From an uncultured Actinomycetes bacterium (lineage in GTDB: Bacteria > Actinomycetota > UBA4738 > HRBIN12): 64,000 nucleotides of DNA. Position numbers and translations under genes: made by a program. The notes under the pieces were generated by a model, which was not told the DNA's origin, searched no databases, and was given only the letters and a program-made list of their open reading frames with translations. Positions within the stretch are counted from its first letter, which is position 1. Each line of letters opens with the position of its first letter. The stretch covers positions 111,892 through 175,891 of the forward strand of contig CAVQCI010000005.1 of assembly GCA_963710985.1 (NCBI GenBank), written 5' to 3'. Positions 20,042 to 32,708 of this stretch are shown here, one piece after another.

Positions 20042-23000
20042 ATGCGGCGGACTGCCCGGCAGCCGTCTCTGCTCGTCCGGTCGCTCGCTGCGATCGTTTC
20101 GCTCGGGCTTCTCGCAGCCGGGACCCTCGCGATCGCGCCGCAGGTCGCGGCGGCCGGCCTGACCCAGGTCAGCCTCACCTTCGACAACAACTCGATCAGC
20201 CAGTACACGCTCGGGTACCAGCAGGCGCTCCAGCCGCACAACGCGCACGCCACCTTCTTCGTGAACTCCGGCACCGTCAGTGGCGGCCCTAGCCAGATGT
20301 CGTGGACGCAACTTCAGACGCTCGCCGCAGCCGGCAACGACATCGGCGGCAAGTCCGTGAACGCTACCAACCTCACGACCGACCCGAACCCGACCGCACA
20401 GGTGTGCGACGACAGGACCGCGATCCTCGCGCATACCCTGACCCCGGTCGGGTTCGCGTACCCGGGCGGGGCGAACAACGCGACCGTGCAGGCCATCGTG
20501 CAGGGGTGCGGCTACGGCAGCGCCCGCACCGCCGGCGGACTCTCCGCGACGGGCGCGACGTGGGCCGAGACGCTGCCGCCCGCGAACTGGTTCGCGACGC
20601 GTGCCTACGCGCCGAGCGCAGTGACCCTGGCTAACATGCAATCCCTCGTGAACGGCGCGGCCTCGCACGGCGGCGGATGGGACCAGGATCGTGATCGGGA
20701 GGGTCTGTTCGTCGACCCTCGACCCCACCAACTACACGTCGTGTAGCGGCGCCTCGGGTCACATCGAACTGGCCGATCTCAACGCGTTCCTGGACTGGAT
20801 GGCGAACGCCGGCCAGGTCGGCGGCGCGCCCGCCGGGGCGGTCCTTTCGACGGTCGGCGGTGTCGTCCAGTCCGCGGACACGTCCACGCCGACGACGACC
20901 ATCAGCTGTAACGGCGCGCCCTGCTCGAGTTCGCCCTACTCGGGCGTCGTGTCCGTCACCCTGGCCGCGACGGACATCGGCTCCGGTGTCTCCGTCACTC
21001 GATTCACGGTCGACGGGACGGATCCCACCACCACGAGTCCGACCTACACAGGGGCGTTCAACGTCAACGGGAGCAACACGTCGACGACCGTGAAGTTCCG
21101 CTCGTGGGACCTGGCGGGCAACGTAGAGGCCACGAACACGCAGGTGATCCAGGCGCCGCCGGACACCGTCGCTCCCACCACGACGATCGCGTGCAACGGC
21201 GCTGCATGTACGCCGTCGTACGTGGGTTCCGTGAGCGTGTCGCTCTCGGCGACCGACACAGGCGGCTCCGGTGTCGCCGCCACCTACTACACGACGGACG
21301 GCTCCACGCCCACGACGTCGAGCACCCTGTACGCCTCGGCCTTCACGCTCTCGAACCCGGGGGCGTACACCGTCCAGTTCTTCTCGACGGACGTGGCCGG
21401 CAACGCCGAGCAGGTGCAGTCGCAGCAGATCCAGGTGATCCCGGTCAGGACGGCCGTCTCGCTCACGTTCGACAACGGGACCGTCGCTCAGTACACCCTT
21501 GGGTACCAGCAGGCGCTGCAGCCGCACAACGCGCCGGCGACGTTCTTCGTGAACACGGGGAACGTGGGCGTGTCGGCCCAGATCATGACCTGGCCGCAGC
21601 TGCAGGCGTTGGCCGCCGCCGGCGACGAGATCGGGGGCAAGAGCGTCAGCGCGACGAACCTCACCACGGACCCGGACCCGACCGGCCAGGTGTGCGATGA
21701 CCGTGCGACGCTCGTCGATCACGGGTTCGACCCGGTCACGTTCGCCTATCCCGGTGGTGCCTTCAACGGTGCCGTGGAGGCGATCGTGAAGGGCTGCGGG
21801 TACGGGACTGCGCGCACGGCTGGTTCGCTCTCACCGAGCGGACCCACGTACGCGGAGACCTTGCCGCCCAAGGACTGGTTCGCAACGCGCGCCTACGCAC
21901 CGAACGGGCAGGTCACGCTGGCCAACATGGAGTCGCTCGTGACGGGTGCCGCCGCCCACGGTGGGGGCTGGAGCCAGATCGTGATCGGGAGGGTCTGCTC
22001 GCAGACCGCCGACCCGGCGAACTACACGACATGCACGACGTCCGCGGGGTGGATCGAACTGTCCGACCTGAACGCATTCCTGGACTGGATGGCGAACGCC
22101 GGACAGCCCGGAGGCGCTCCGGCCGGCGCGGCGCTGGGGACGATGCGGTCGATCGCCGCCTCGGCGGACACCGTGGCGCCGGTTTCGACCGCGCAGTGCA
22201 ACGGCGGCGCGTGTCAGGCCACCGACTACGGTGCGCCCGTGTTCGTCACGCTCGCCGCGACCGACGCCGGCAGCGGTGTCGGGAGCATCCACTACACGCT
22301 CGACGGGTCCGACCCGACGCTCGCGTCCCCCACCTACACCGAGGTCTTCCGACTGACCGCCCCGACGACCGTGAAGTACGCGGCGTGGGACGAGGCGGGC
22401 AACCCCGAGGCCGTCCACACGATGACGATCAGCGCCGCGCCCGGGCCGCTGGACACGACGGTGCCCGTGACCTCGATCACCTGCAACGGCGGGTCGTGCG
22501 ACGCCGCGTCGCCGGGCAAGGTGACCGTGACGCTGCCCGCGACCGACGACATCTCGGGCGTCCAGCACACGTACTACACGGTGGACGGCAGCATGCCCGA
22601 CACGAACAGCACCGTCTACAAGAAGCCGTTCACGGTGCTCTCGACCTCCACGATCCGCTTCTTCTCCGTGGACTGGGACGGCAACCAGGAGACGCCACGG
22701 TCCCAGCAAGTGACGATCCAGACGATCATCTCCCTCACGTTCGACGACGGGACGACGAGCCAGTACGACCTCGCGTTCAAGCAGGCGCTGAAGCCGCACG
22801 GCATGCGTGGCACCTTCTTCATCCCGAGCGGTCTCGTCGGGACCGAGGACCACATGACGTGGGACCAGTTGACCGGCATGACGAACGGTGCGCAGGAGAT
22901 CGCTGGCCACACGGTGGACCACAACGTGAACCTGAAGACCGAAACCGACTACCAGACCAAGGTCCACGAGGTCTGTGACGACCGAACCACGCTGCAGAAC

Positions 23001-26000
23001 CATGGATTCGATCCGGTCCTCATGGCCTACCCGTTCGGCGCGTACGACACGACGGCGGAGCAGATCGTGCAGTCGTGCGGCTACCTCGGTGCTCGCGCCG
23101 CTGGTGGGATCGACGTCAACGGCCCGGGCGCCGGGCCCATCTACGCCGAGACGGTCCCGCCCAAGGATCCAGTACGCGATCCGCACGGTGACGGATACCT
23201 CGGGCGGTGCGGTCAAGACGCTCAGCGAGCTCCAGACGCCGGTGACAACCGCGGCCGCGAACGGCGGCGGGTGGGTGGTCCTCGTGTTCCACCTCGTCTG
23301 CGACCAGACCCTCGATCCGGCCAACTACGCGTCCTGCATGGCCGACTACGGTGCGACGCAGCTCAGCACGCTGAACTCGTTCCTGGACTGGCTGAGCAAC
23401 GCGGGCCAGCCGAACGGCGCACCCGCCGACATCGTGGTCCGAACGATGGGCCGGGTGCTGCGCGGGCCAGACACCACGCCGCCGACGACGTCCGTGACCT
23501 GCGAAGGTGGGTCGTGCCGAGTCCTCGTACGGCGGGTCGGTCTCGGTCGCACTCCGCGCGACCGACACGGGTGGCGCCGGCGTCGCGGCCACGTACTACA
23601 CGACCGACGGAACCGTGCCGACGACCAACAGCACGCGCTACGACGGGCAACCGTTCCTGCTGACCTCGACGACGACACTGACCTTCTTCTCGGTGGACAA
23701 CGACGGCAACGCCGAGTCGCCGAATCTCCCAGGTCGTGCAGGTCGCAGCCGAACCCCGATCCGGTCCTCGCGGCCGCGGGCGACATCGCCTGCGACCCGA
23801 CCGCGCCCGCCTTCGAGAACGGTGACGGGACCGCGACCGACTGCCGCGCGAAGGCCACCGGCAACCTCATCACCGGAGTGGACGGCGTGCTCGCGGTCGG
23901 CGACACGCAGTACGAGTGCGGCGGTTCGAGCGCGTACCAGCAGTCGTACGACCCGGCGTGGGGCCGCTTCAAGCCGATCACGCACCCGGTCCCCGGCGAC
24001 AAGGAGTACGGGACGACGGGGACCGACTGTCCCCAGACCCCCGGCGCCGGCTACTTCTCCTACTTCGGGTCATCGGCGGGCGATCCGTCCAGGGGCTACT
24101 ACAGCTTCAACGTCGGCGCGTGGCACGTGATCGCCCTGAACACCGGCCCCTGCGTGAACGACCCGACGTTCTGTGCACCGGGGAGCGCGCAGGATCTCTG
24201 GCTGCAGCACGACCTCGCCACGGCGAACCAGAGCTGCACGCTCGCCTACTACCAGAACCCGCGTTTCGCCTCGACGCCGGGCGGTGGGGACACGACCTAC
24301 CAGCAGTTCTGGCAGGATCTCTACGCCGGAGGCGCCACCGCCGTGCTGAACGGCGACTCGCACTGGTACGAGCGGTTCGTGCCGATGGATGCCACCGGTG
24401 CGGCCTCGACCGGGGGCATGACGGAGTTCATCGTCGGGACCGGCGGCGCCGGCCTCGACACTCCCTCCACGCCGCTGTCCACGAGCGCCGTGCTGAACGC
24501 CGACACGCACGGCGTCCTCAAGCTGACCTTGCGCAACGGCAGCTTCGACTGGACGTTCGTGCATGACAGCGACGGCACGTTCACCGACAGCGGGACGGCG
24601 CCCTGCCGCACCCCGCAGCCCGACACGACGCCGCCGACCACGACGATGTCGTGCAACGGCGGCTCGTGCAACGGCGTGTTCGGCGCACCGGTGTCCGTGA
24701 CGCTCAGCGCGACGGACACCGGCGGCTCGGGGCTCGACAAGACCTACTACACGATCGACGGATCCACTCCGACGACGAGCAGCACGGTCTACACGGGTCC
24801 GTTCACGCTGTCCGCATCGGCCACCGTGCAGTTCTTCTCGATGGATACGGTGGGCAACGCGGAAACACCGAATTCACAGGCGGTGGCGATCGACACGACC
24901 GCACCGACGACCACGGCCTCGTGCGACGGGGGCGCCTGTTCGGGTGGCTGGTACACGTCGAACGTCACGTTCGCGCTCAGCGCGTCGGACACCGGCGTCG
25001 CCGGTGTCGACAAGACCTACTACACGACCGACGGATCCGCTTCCGACGACGAGCAGCGCGGTCTACACCGGCCCGTTGACGCGTCTCCGGGACCACCACC
25101 GTCAGGTTCTTCTCGACGGACGCGGCGGGCAACAGCGAGGCGAACCAGTCGGTGACGGTCCAGATCGACACCGACGGCCGCGCCGACGACCACGATCACA
25201 TGTGGGGCCTCCGACGTCGGGTGCACGCAGACGTACACCTCGAGCGTGACGGTGCACGTTGTCCGCCTCGGACACGGGTGGGTCGGGCGTGGCGCGACCT
25301 ACTACACGACCGACGGCTCCACGCCCACGACTCGAGCGCCCGGTCTACACGGGTCCGTTCAACGTCGGGGCGACCACGACCGTCAGGTTCTTCTCCATGG
25401 ACATGGCCGGGAACGCCGAGACGCCGCAGTCGTCGAAGCGGTGACCGTCGAGCAGGACGCCGAAGGACACGACGGCGCCGGTCACCACGATCAGCGTGCA
25501 ACGACGGGGTGTGCGCCGGATGGTTCCGGTCCACTCCGGTCACCGTCACGTTGACGCGCGACGGACACCGCGGGTCCGGGGCTGAACAAGACCTACTACA
25601 CGACGAACGGGTCCACACCGCCGACCGGTCGAGCACCGGTCTACACGGGACCGTTCAGCGTCTCCACGACCACGACGGTCAAGTTCTTCTCGACCGACAA
25701 CGCCGGGAACGCCGAGGAGGCCGTCCAGACCGCCGCGATCCAGATCGACACCGCCGCGCCCACCACGACGATGAGCTGCAACAACGGAGGGTGCAACGGG
25801 TGGTTCACGCCCGCCGTGACGGTGCGGCTGTCCGCGACGGACACGGGCGGCTCCGGCGTGGCGACCACCCGGTACACGCTCGACGGCACGAACCCCAACA
25901 CGAGCGCGACGGCGATCGTCTACACGGGGCCGTTCACGGTCGCGAGCACGCAAACCGTGCGGTTCGCCAGCACCGACGTGGCCGGCAACCAGGAGGGTGC

Positions 26001-26328
26001 GAAGTCCCAGCAGGTCAGGGTCGACGGCGCGGCGCCGACCGTGGCGATCACGCAGCCGGCCGACAACTCCTCGTTCGTGCGCGGGACGAAGATCGCGATC
26101 ACCGTGAGCGCGACCGACGCCGGCACCGGCGGCGCGGCGGCTTCCGGCGTCGCGAGGGTCGCTCTGTACATCGACGGCTCGCTCCAGGCGACCGACCGGA
26201 ACTCGCCGTGGACGTTCACGTGGACGCCGAGGAAGGGGGACGTCGGTACACACGTCCTCACGGCGGTAGCGACGGACGCGGCGGGCAACGCCGCGACCTC
26301 GGCGCCGATCACGGTCCGCCTGACGTGA
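20042..26328 (+). CDS. Giant secreted modular protein (~2,100 aa; several frameshifts): 3 NodB deacetylase domains, a metallophosphoesterase-like domain, ~10 chitobiase-C/FN3-associated repeats and a C-terminal Ig-like domain
   Basis: One signal peptide; ORFs 19952, 20691, 22975, 23507 and 25771 join through shifted frames; repeated DTxxPTTxxxCNGxxC...YYTTDGSTP...FFSxDxAGN. Confidence 0.8.
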
Positions 26329-26362
26329 ACGGAACGGAACGCGACCGAGGGCGGCGTCGTCG

Positions 26363-27400
26363 GTGAGTGACCGGGCGGTGGCGGTGCGGGGGCCCGTCGC
26401 CGCGCTGGTCGCCGCGGCGCTCGCCCTCGTTGCGTTCGCGTTCGCGCGAGCGGCGCCGGCCGGTGACCCGGTCGCGTACGCCGGACGCGCCGAGCTCGTC
26501 CGCACGGTGGGGAGGCCGCCGCCACCGGGCGGGTACTTCCGCCTGCAGGGCATCGGCGCATGGAGGTCGCTCCGCGGCGATCGTGCGTGCGCCGGCGCCG
26601 TGCACCGCTCCACGTGGGAGCCACGGCCGCTGAACAAGGTGCCGAACCACGTGAGCCCGAAGCGAGCGAAGGTCCGTGCGGCGTTCGCGGCGCGCCCCCG
26701 CTCCGGTGACGGCTCGTTCGCCGCTCGCTGGGACACCTGGTTGCTGCCCCGCGTGAGCGGCGGGTACACGGGTAGGACCGACGAGATCTTCCAGTGGGGG
26801 GCCTGCAAGTGGGGGCTGCCCGACGACCTGCTCCGAGCGATCGCCGTGCGCGAGTCCACCTGGTACCAGTACCCGACCTACACCTCGGGGGCCTGCGTCG
26901 TGGACTGGGGGTGCGGCGACATCTTCGATGCCGCGAGCACGGCCTCTCGCAGGTACTGCAACGGCATCGCGAAGCTCGGCGGCTACGACTACCAGGCCGA
27001 CTTCGCGCCCGGCATCTGCCCGAAGACCTTCTCGATCGCCGGCGTGATGTCGTGGGAGGACCCCGCCTGGGGCCTGATGCGCGGGAACCAGAACGGCACG
27101 TTCCCCTTCAACCGGGACTCGACCGCGTTCGCGGTCGATTACCTCGGCTCGGATCTCCGCGGCTGCATCGAGGGATGGGAGCGCTGGCTGGTGGAGGGCA
27201 CCGGCTTCAAGCGGCTGAGCGCGAAGCAACGGATGTGGGGCTGCGTCGGCGCCTGGTACGCGGGGGAGTGGCGCTCGGCGGCGGCCGACGGCTACATCGC
27301 CCGTGTGCGGCGCGCGTGGCGCCATCACGTGTGGCTGAAGCCCACCTTCGCGAAGATCCGCCCCCCGTGCGCGAGCGCCGGAGGATGCGTGAGCGGGTGA
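26363..27400 (+). CDS. Secreted Cys/Trp-rich protein with a lysozyme/transglycosylase-like core
   Basis: Signal peptide; WGACKWGLPDDLLRAIAVRESTW, an SLT-like helix ending in ES. Confidence 0.65.
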   Translation: MSDRAVAVRGPVAALVAAALALVAFAFARAAPAGDPVAYAGRAELVRTVGRPPPPGGYFRLQGIGAWRSLRGDRACAGAVHRSTWEPRPLNKVPNHVSPKRAKVRAAFAARPRSGDGSFAARWDTWLLPRVSGGYTGRTDEIFQWGACKWGLPDDLLRAIAVRESTWYQYPTYTSGACVVDWGCGDIFDAASTASRRYCNGIAKLGGYDYQADFAPGICPKTFSIAGVMSWEDPAWGLMRGNQNGTFPFNRDSTAFAVDYLGSDLRGCIEGWERWLVEGTGFKRLSAKQRMWGCVGAWYAGEWRSAAADGYIARVRRAWRHHVWLKPTFAKIRPPCASAGGCVSG

Positions 27401-27407
27401 GTGTGAG

Positions 27408-28924
27408 CTAGCGAGCCGGCACGGTGGCCGTGGGCTCGTCCGCCGAACGGTCGCGGCCTGCGGGCGTCTCCTCGGCGTGTCGCGCGATCCGTCGGCGCTC
27501 CGCGATCACGGCGCCGATCAGCCGGACCGACGCCTGGTCGAGCGCCGAGCGGACCGCGACGATCTCATCGCGGGTGACCGAGCGCCGATCCACGACGACC
27601 ACCACGGCGTCGGCTGCGGCCGGCAGCGTCTCGCCCGCGAGGCCGGACAGGACCGGCGGCGGATCGACGATCACGGGAGCTCCGAGCTCTGCGGTGCGGT
27701 CAAGCGCGGTGCGGACCCGGGTGAGGGGGACCAGATCCTCGGGTCGCAGCGGCGCGGTGCCCGGCGGGACGACCACGACACCACCGCTGACCCGCAAACC
27801 CATGCCCTCGACATCTCCCTGATCCCGCAACAGGTCGCTCAGACCGGGACGGCCGCGCAGGTCGTTGCCGTCCGGCGCCGGGGCGGCGTCGTCCGCGTGG
27901 ACGAGCACCACCGGCTCGCCGCCGACGCGGGACCGGCGCGAGGCCCACGCGCGCGCGATCGCCACCACGGGCACGCGCCCGCGCTGCCGCGAGGTGCAGT
28001 GCGCGACCGCGAGCCGGCTCGGCTCGGCGCCGGCGGCCAGGACGATCCGGGCCGCGAGCTGCCGGTACGGCGTCGTGGGCACCGCCCCCCCGCGCCGGGC
28101 CACCGGCACGGAGCCGAGCACCGGCACCGCGAGCAGCTCCTCGACCTCGGCGTCGGAACGGGGGCGCCGGTCGGTGCGATCCAGCGCGAACGCGAGCCCG
28201 ATCCCGAGCAGCAAGCCGACGAGGATCCCGACGGCCCCGTCGACGAGGTGGTTCGGGCGCGCCGGAGCGGTGGGGAGCTGCGCGGCGGCGATCACCCGGC
28301 CCTCGAACGCCCCCGGCATGTCGCGCAGGGCCAGCAGGTCCTGCTGCCGTGCGCTGATCTGCGCGACGTAGGAGGCCGCCTCGGCACCGAGCACCGTCTG
28401 CAGCTGGGAGCTCGCGCCGCCGGATGCCGCCCGCCGCTCGACGTCCTCGAGCTTGTGCTCCAGACGCGCGATCGCGTCGGCGGTCTCCTGTTTCCTGGTG
28501 ACGAGCTCCTCGTTCGCGGTCTCCGTGCGGAACCGTACGTACGTGTCGGCGAACGCCTGCGCGCGGACCTGCGCGACCTGCGGGTCGGTGTGCGCGTACG
28601 TGATCGAGAGGATGTCCGTGTTCACGGGGACGTCCACGGAGAGGGCCCCGAGCATCACGTCGGGCGGCACCCCGAAGCGGTAGTCGGCCGCGACCTGCTC
28701 CGCGACGCCCAGGGAGTCGGCGATCCGCTTCTCGTTGTCCATGTTCGGCTGGACGTCGACCCCGGCCTGCGGACGCATCCCGACGAGGACCTGCGCCGTG
28801 GACGTGTACACGGGCGTACGCGAAGCCGAGGCGAACACGCCGCGGCGGTGACGATCGCCGTGGCCGCGAGCACGGTCCAGCGCCGCTTCCACAGGAGCGA
28901 GTGGTTGAAAGGGGGGGCATCCAT
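27408..28924 (-). CDS. Wzz/Wzc-like polysaccharide co-polymerase with degenerate kinase domain; frameshift near 28840
   Basis: LWKRRW plus TM, PVYTSTAQVLV, coiled coil, P-rich/TM2, VPVLGSVP, VIVDPPPVL. Confidence 0.8.
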
Positions 28925-29089
28925 CGAACCCCACGAACGGTAGGTGTTCGGCTGCGCGGGGCGTTCATCCAACCGCTCAGCGAACGTACTGCGAACCGAC
29001 CATCTCGACCTCCGCGGTCCGTTCCTACCATCCCTGCGAACGTGCCTCCCCCGGGGCACCACGTGCAGGCGCGCTTGAGGAGGGATGAC

Positions 29090-30147
29090 GTGCAGATCGC
29101 CGTTCTCGGCTGCGGCTACTGGGGGTCCAAGCACGTCCGCGTCCTCCAGGGGCTGCCCGACGTGGAGCGCGTGATCGCGGTCGATCAGAACGTCGATCGC
29201 CTGATCTCGCTGCAGAAGGTGTTGCCCGGGCTCACGTCGCGCACCGGTTGGAGGACGCGCTGGAGGAGGTCGACGCCGTGATCGTCGCGACGCCGCCTCG
29301 CACCCACGCGCCGATCGCGATGACGGCCCTCGAGGCCGGCAAGGGCGTGCTCGTCGAGAAGCCGCTGGCCACGAGCGGCTGCCGACGCACGCAGCTCCTG
29401 GTCGACGCGTCCAGGCGCGTGGTCTGACGCTGATGGTCGGCCACACGTTCGAGCACAACGCGGCGGTGTGGAAGCTGCGCGAGCTCGTGCAGAGCGGGCG
29501 AGCTCGGCGAGGTCTCACTACCTCGACTCCGCGCGGCTGAACCTCGGCCTGTACCAGTCCGACGTCAACGTCATCTGGGACCTCGCGCCCCACGACGTCT
29601 CGATCTTCAACTACATGCTCGGCTCGACGCCGTCGTCGGTGCAGGCATGGGGCTCGACGGCACGCGCACCGATCGCTCGAGGACGTCGCGTACCTGCGTC
29701 TGTCCTACGCCGACCTCGACGTGACCGCCAACATCCACGTGAGCTGGCTCGACCCCTGCAAGGTCCGCCGCGTCACGGTCGTGGGCAGCCGAGCGCATGG
29801 TCGTCTACAACGACCTCGCGACCGAGGAGCGGATCCGCGTCTTCGACAAGGGCGTGGCGCGCGCCGGCCGACGGCCGACACCGAGACGCAGGCGCCGGCT
29901 GTCCTACCGCTACGGCGACATCTCCTCGCCGTACCTCGTCCGGTTCGAGGAGCCGCTCGACTGTCCAGGACCGACAGCTTCGTCGCCGGCGTCTGCGACG
30001 GCTCGGGCCGGTCACCGACGGCGCGCACCCGGGGCCGCGGTGGTGCGACGTGCTGGAGTGCGCGGAGCGATCTCGCTGGCGCGAGGGCCGGTCGGTGTCC
30101 CGTGGACGAGGTGAACGGCCGCAGCGCACCTGGTGGAGGTCGGCTGA
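29090..30147 (+). CDS. Gfo/Idh/MocA oxidoreductase (WbpB-like); many frameshifts
   Basis: GCGYWG, VLVEKPL, VGHTF, VIWDLAPHD, SWLDPCKVR fragments. Confidence 0.8.
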
Positions 30148-30149
30148 GG

Positions 30150-31317
30150 ATGCGGGTGACTCGCCGAACGGCAGGGCACCGTCGTGCCGTTCCTCGATCT
30201 CGGAGCGATGGCGCGCGAGGTCGCCGACGAGCTCGACGCCGCGTGGCGCGCCGACGCGTCGGTGCTCCGGCGTTCATCGGCGGGCGCGGCGGTCGAGCGG
30301 TTCGAGACCGCGTGGGCGACGTACTGCGGCACCGCGCTACGCGGTCGGCGTCGCCAACGGCACCGACGCGATCGCGAGCTCACGCTGCGCGCGCTGGGGA
30401 TCGGCCCCGGCGACGAGGTGATCGTGCCCGCGAACACCTTCATCGCGACGGCCGAGGCGGTGGTCCTCGCCGGCGCGACGCCGCGGTTCGCCGACGTGGA
30501 CCCGCGCACGCTGCTGGTGACGCCGCGAGCACGTCGAGGCGGCGATCACGCCCGCGACGGCGCGCGCGTGATCCGGTGCAGCTCTACGGCAACATGCCGA
30601 CGATGGAGGGCATCGTGCCGCTCGCCGCGCGCGCGCGGGCTCGCGCTGATCGAGGACGCGGCGCAGGCGCACGGCGCGACGTGGGCCGGGCGCGCACGCC
30701 GGGCTCGTTCGGCGACGCCGCGGTGACTTCAGCTTCTACCCGGGGAAGAACCTCGGCGCGTTCGGCGACGGCGGGCGGTCGTCACCGACGACGCGCTGGC
30801 TCGCGGCGCGGATGCGCTCGATGGCGGACCACGGCCGCGCCGCCGACGCGCGAGTACGTCGCATCCCCTGGTCGGGCGCGAACAGCCGTCTCGACGCGCT
30901 GCAGGCGGCGGTGCTGTCGATCAGGCTCGCGCGGCTGGCCCGATGGAACGCGCGCGCGAGCGGCGATGGCCGCGGCTACCGCGCGCCACCTTGACCCGGC
31001 GCGCTCGCGCTCGTGCGAGGCCGACCCGGCGGCGTTGGCGCGTGGCACCTCGTCGTGTCGGGTGCCGCGACCGTGAGCGCGTGCGTCGAGCGTCTGGCCC
31101 AGGGCGGCGTCGAGACCGGCATCCACTACCCGGTCCCGTGTCACGTGCAGGAGGCGTACGCGCGGTGTCGCCGGGGGCCGCTGCCGGTCGCCGAGGCGGC
31201 CGCCGATCGGGTCGTGTCGCTCCCGATGTTCCCGCACATCGCGAGGAGCGGGTCCTCACGGTCTGCCGGGCGCTCGAGCGTGCCCTCGCGGAGGTCCCCG
31301 ATGGCCTCGCCGGCTGA
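30150..31317 (+). CDS. DegT/DnrJ/EryC1/StrS sugar aminotransferase (WbpE-like); many frameshifts
   Basis: VPFLDL, GDEVIVPANTFIATAEAV, IEDAAQAHG, SFYPGKNLGAFGDG, NSRLDALQAA, HYPVP. Confidence 0.85.
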
Positions 31318-31958
31318 GACGTCCGTCGGCGCTCCCGGTCCGCACGATGGCCGGGGTCCTGCTGGCTATCCGAGCACGCGCGCCGGGTCGAGCCGCGGGT
31401 TCCTGATGCCCTCGGACGCGACCGCTGCGACCGGAACGGTCATCTACGCCGGCTCGACGATCGGCGCGCCGGTTCGAGACGGGCCACAACGTGGTGGTCC
31501 GCGAGGAGTCGACGATCGGCGACGACGTAGCGATGTGGAGCAACACGGTGATCGACTACGGCGTGCTGGATCGGTGACCGCGTCAAGATCCACTGCAACT
31601 GCTACGTCGCGCAGTACACGGAGATCGAGGACGACGCGTTCCTGGCTCCCGGCGTGACGTCGACGAACGACCTCTTCCCGGGCTCGGGCGGTGTCGGCGA
31701 AGGCGATGTGCGGGCCGCTGATCGAGCGCGGGCGCGCAGATCGGCGTGAACGTCACGATCCTGCCGTACGTGCGCATCGGCGCAGGGCGCCATCGATCGG
31801 CGCGGGGTCGGTCGTGACGCAGCGACATCCCGGACGGCGTCGTGGCCTACGGCAACCCCGCGGTCGTCGCGGCGACGGGTCGAGGAGATGGGCGACGTCG
31901 AGGCCCGGTTGTGGGACGGCGATCGCGCCGGCGCGGCGGGCGCGGCGAGGACGACTGA
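31301..31958 (+). CDS. Hexapeptide-repeat acetyltransferase (WbpD-like); many frameshifts
   Basis: [36 protein letters not shown] fragments. Confidence 0.72.
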
Positions 31959-32676
31959 TGCCCGATCCCCGGGAGCTGGCACACGCCTCCGTGGCGATCG
32001 GCGGGAGCGTGCGAGGTTGCGTCGCGGGCACGGCTCCTCGGATCGGCGGTCAAGCGCGCGGTCGACGTCGCGCTCGCGACGCTCGCGGTGCTGGTGCTGC
32101 TGCCGGTGTTCCTCGTGGCCGCCGCGCTCGTGTCGGGCTACGAGCCCGGGGCCGGCGTTCTTCCGGCAGACGCGGGTCGGTCGCACGGGCGTCCGTTCGT
32201 GATGTGGAAGTTCCGCACGATGTACGACGGACAGCGACGACGCGATCCACCGCGCGTTCGTGGCGGGGCTCCGCGAGGACGTCCCGAGCGACCACGTCGA
32301 CGGCGAGGACGTCTACAAGCTCGACGCACGATCCCGCGGATCACGCCGGTCGGCGGCTGGCTCGGCGGCTCAGCGTCGACGAGCTGCCGCAGCTGATCAA
32401 CGTGGTCCGGGGCACGATGTCCCTGGTGGGCCCGCGGCCCGCGCTGTCCTGGGAGCTCGAGCTCTTCGGGGACCTCCCGCGCTACCACGTGCGGTTCGAG
32501 GTCAAGCCCGGCATCACCGGTCTGTGGCAGGTCAGCGGGCGCGGCGATGTCTGACGATGCGCGAGGCCGTCGCGCTCGACGCCGAGTACGTCGAGCGGCG
32601 CTCGAGCTTGGGCTCGACGTCGCCATCATCTGCGGACCGATCCCCGCGGTGCTGTGGCGCACGGGGCGCGTACTGA
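31958..32676 (+). CDS. Priming sugar transferase (Bac_transf/WcaJ-type); frameshifts
   Basis: [49 protein letters not shown]. Confidence 0.88.
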
Positions 32677-32708
32677 GCGGCCGCCGAGGTCAGCCGAGCG
32701 AAGAAGCC

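Noticed and set aside
20880-26020. DNA repeat array or mobile element
   Set aside because: The repeats are protein-domain repeats with synonymous divergence
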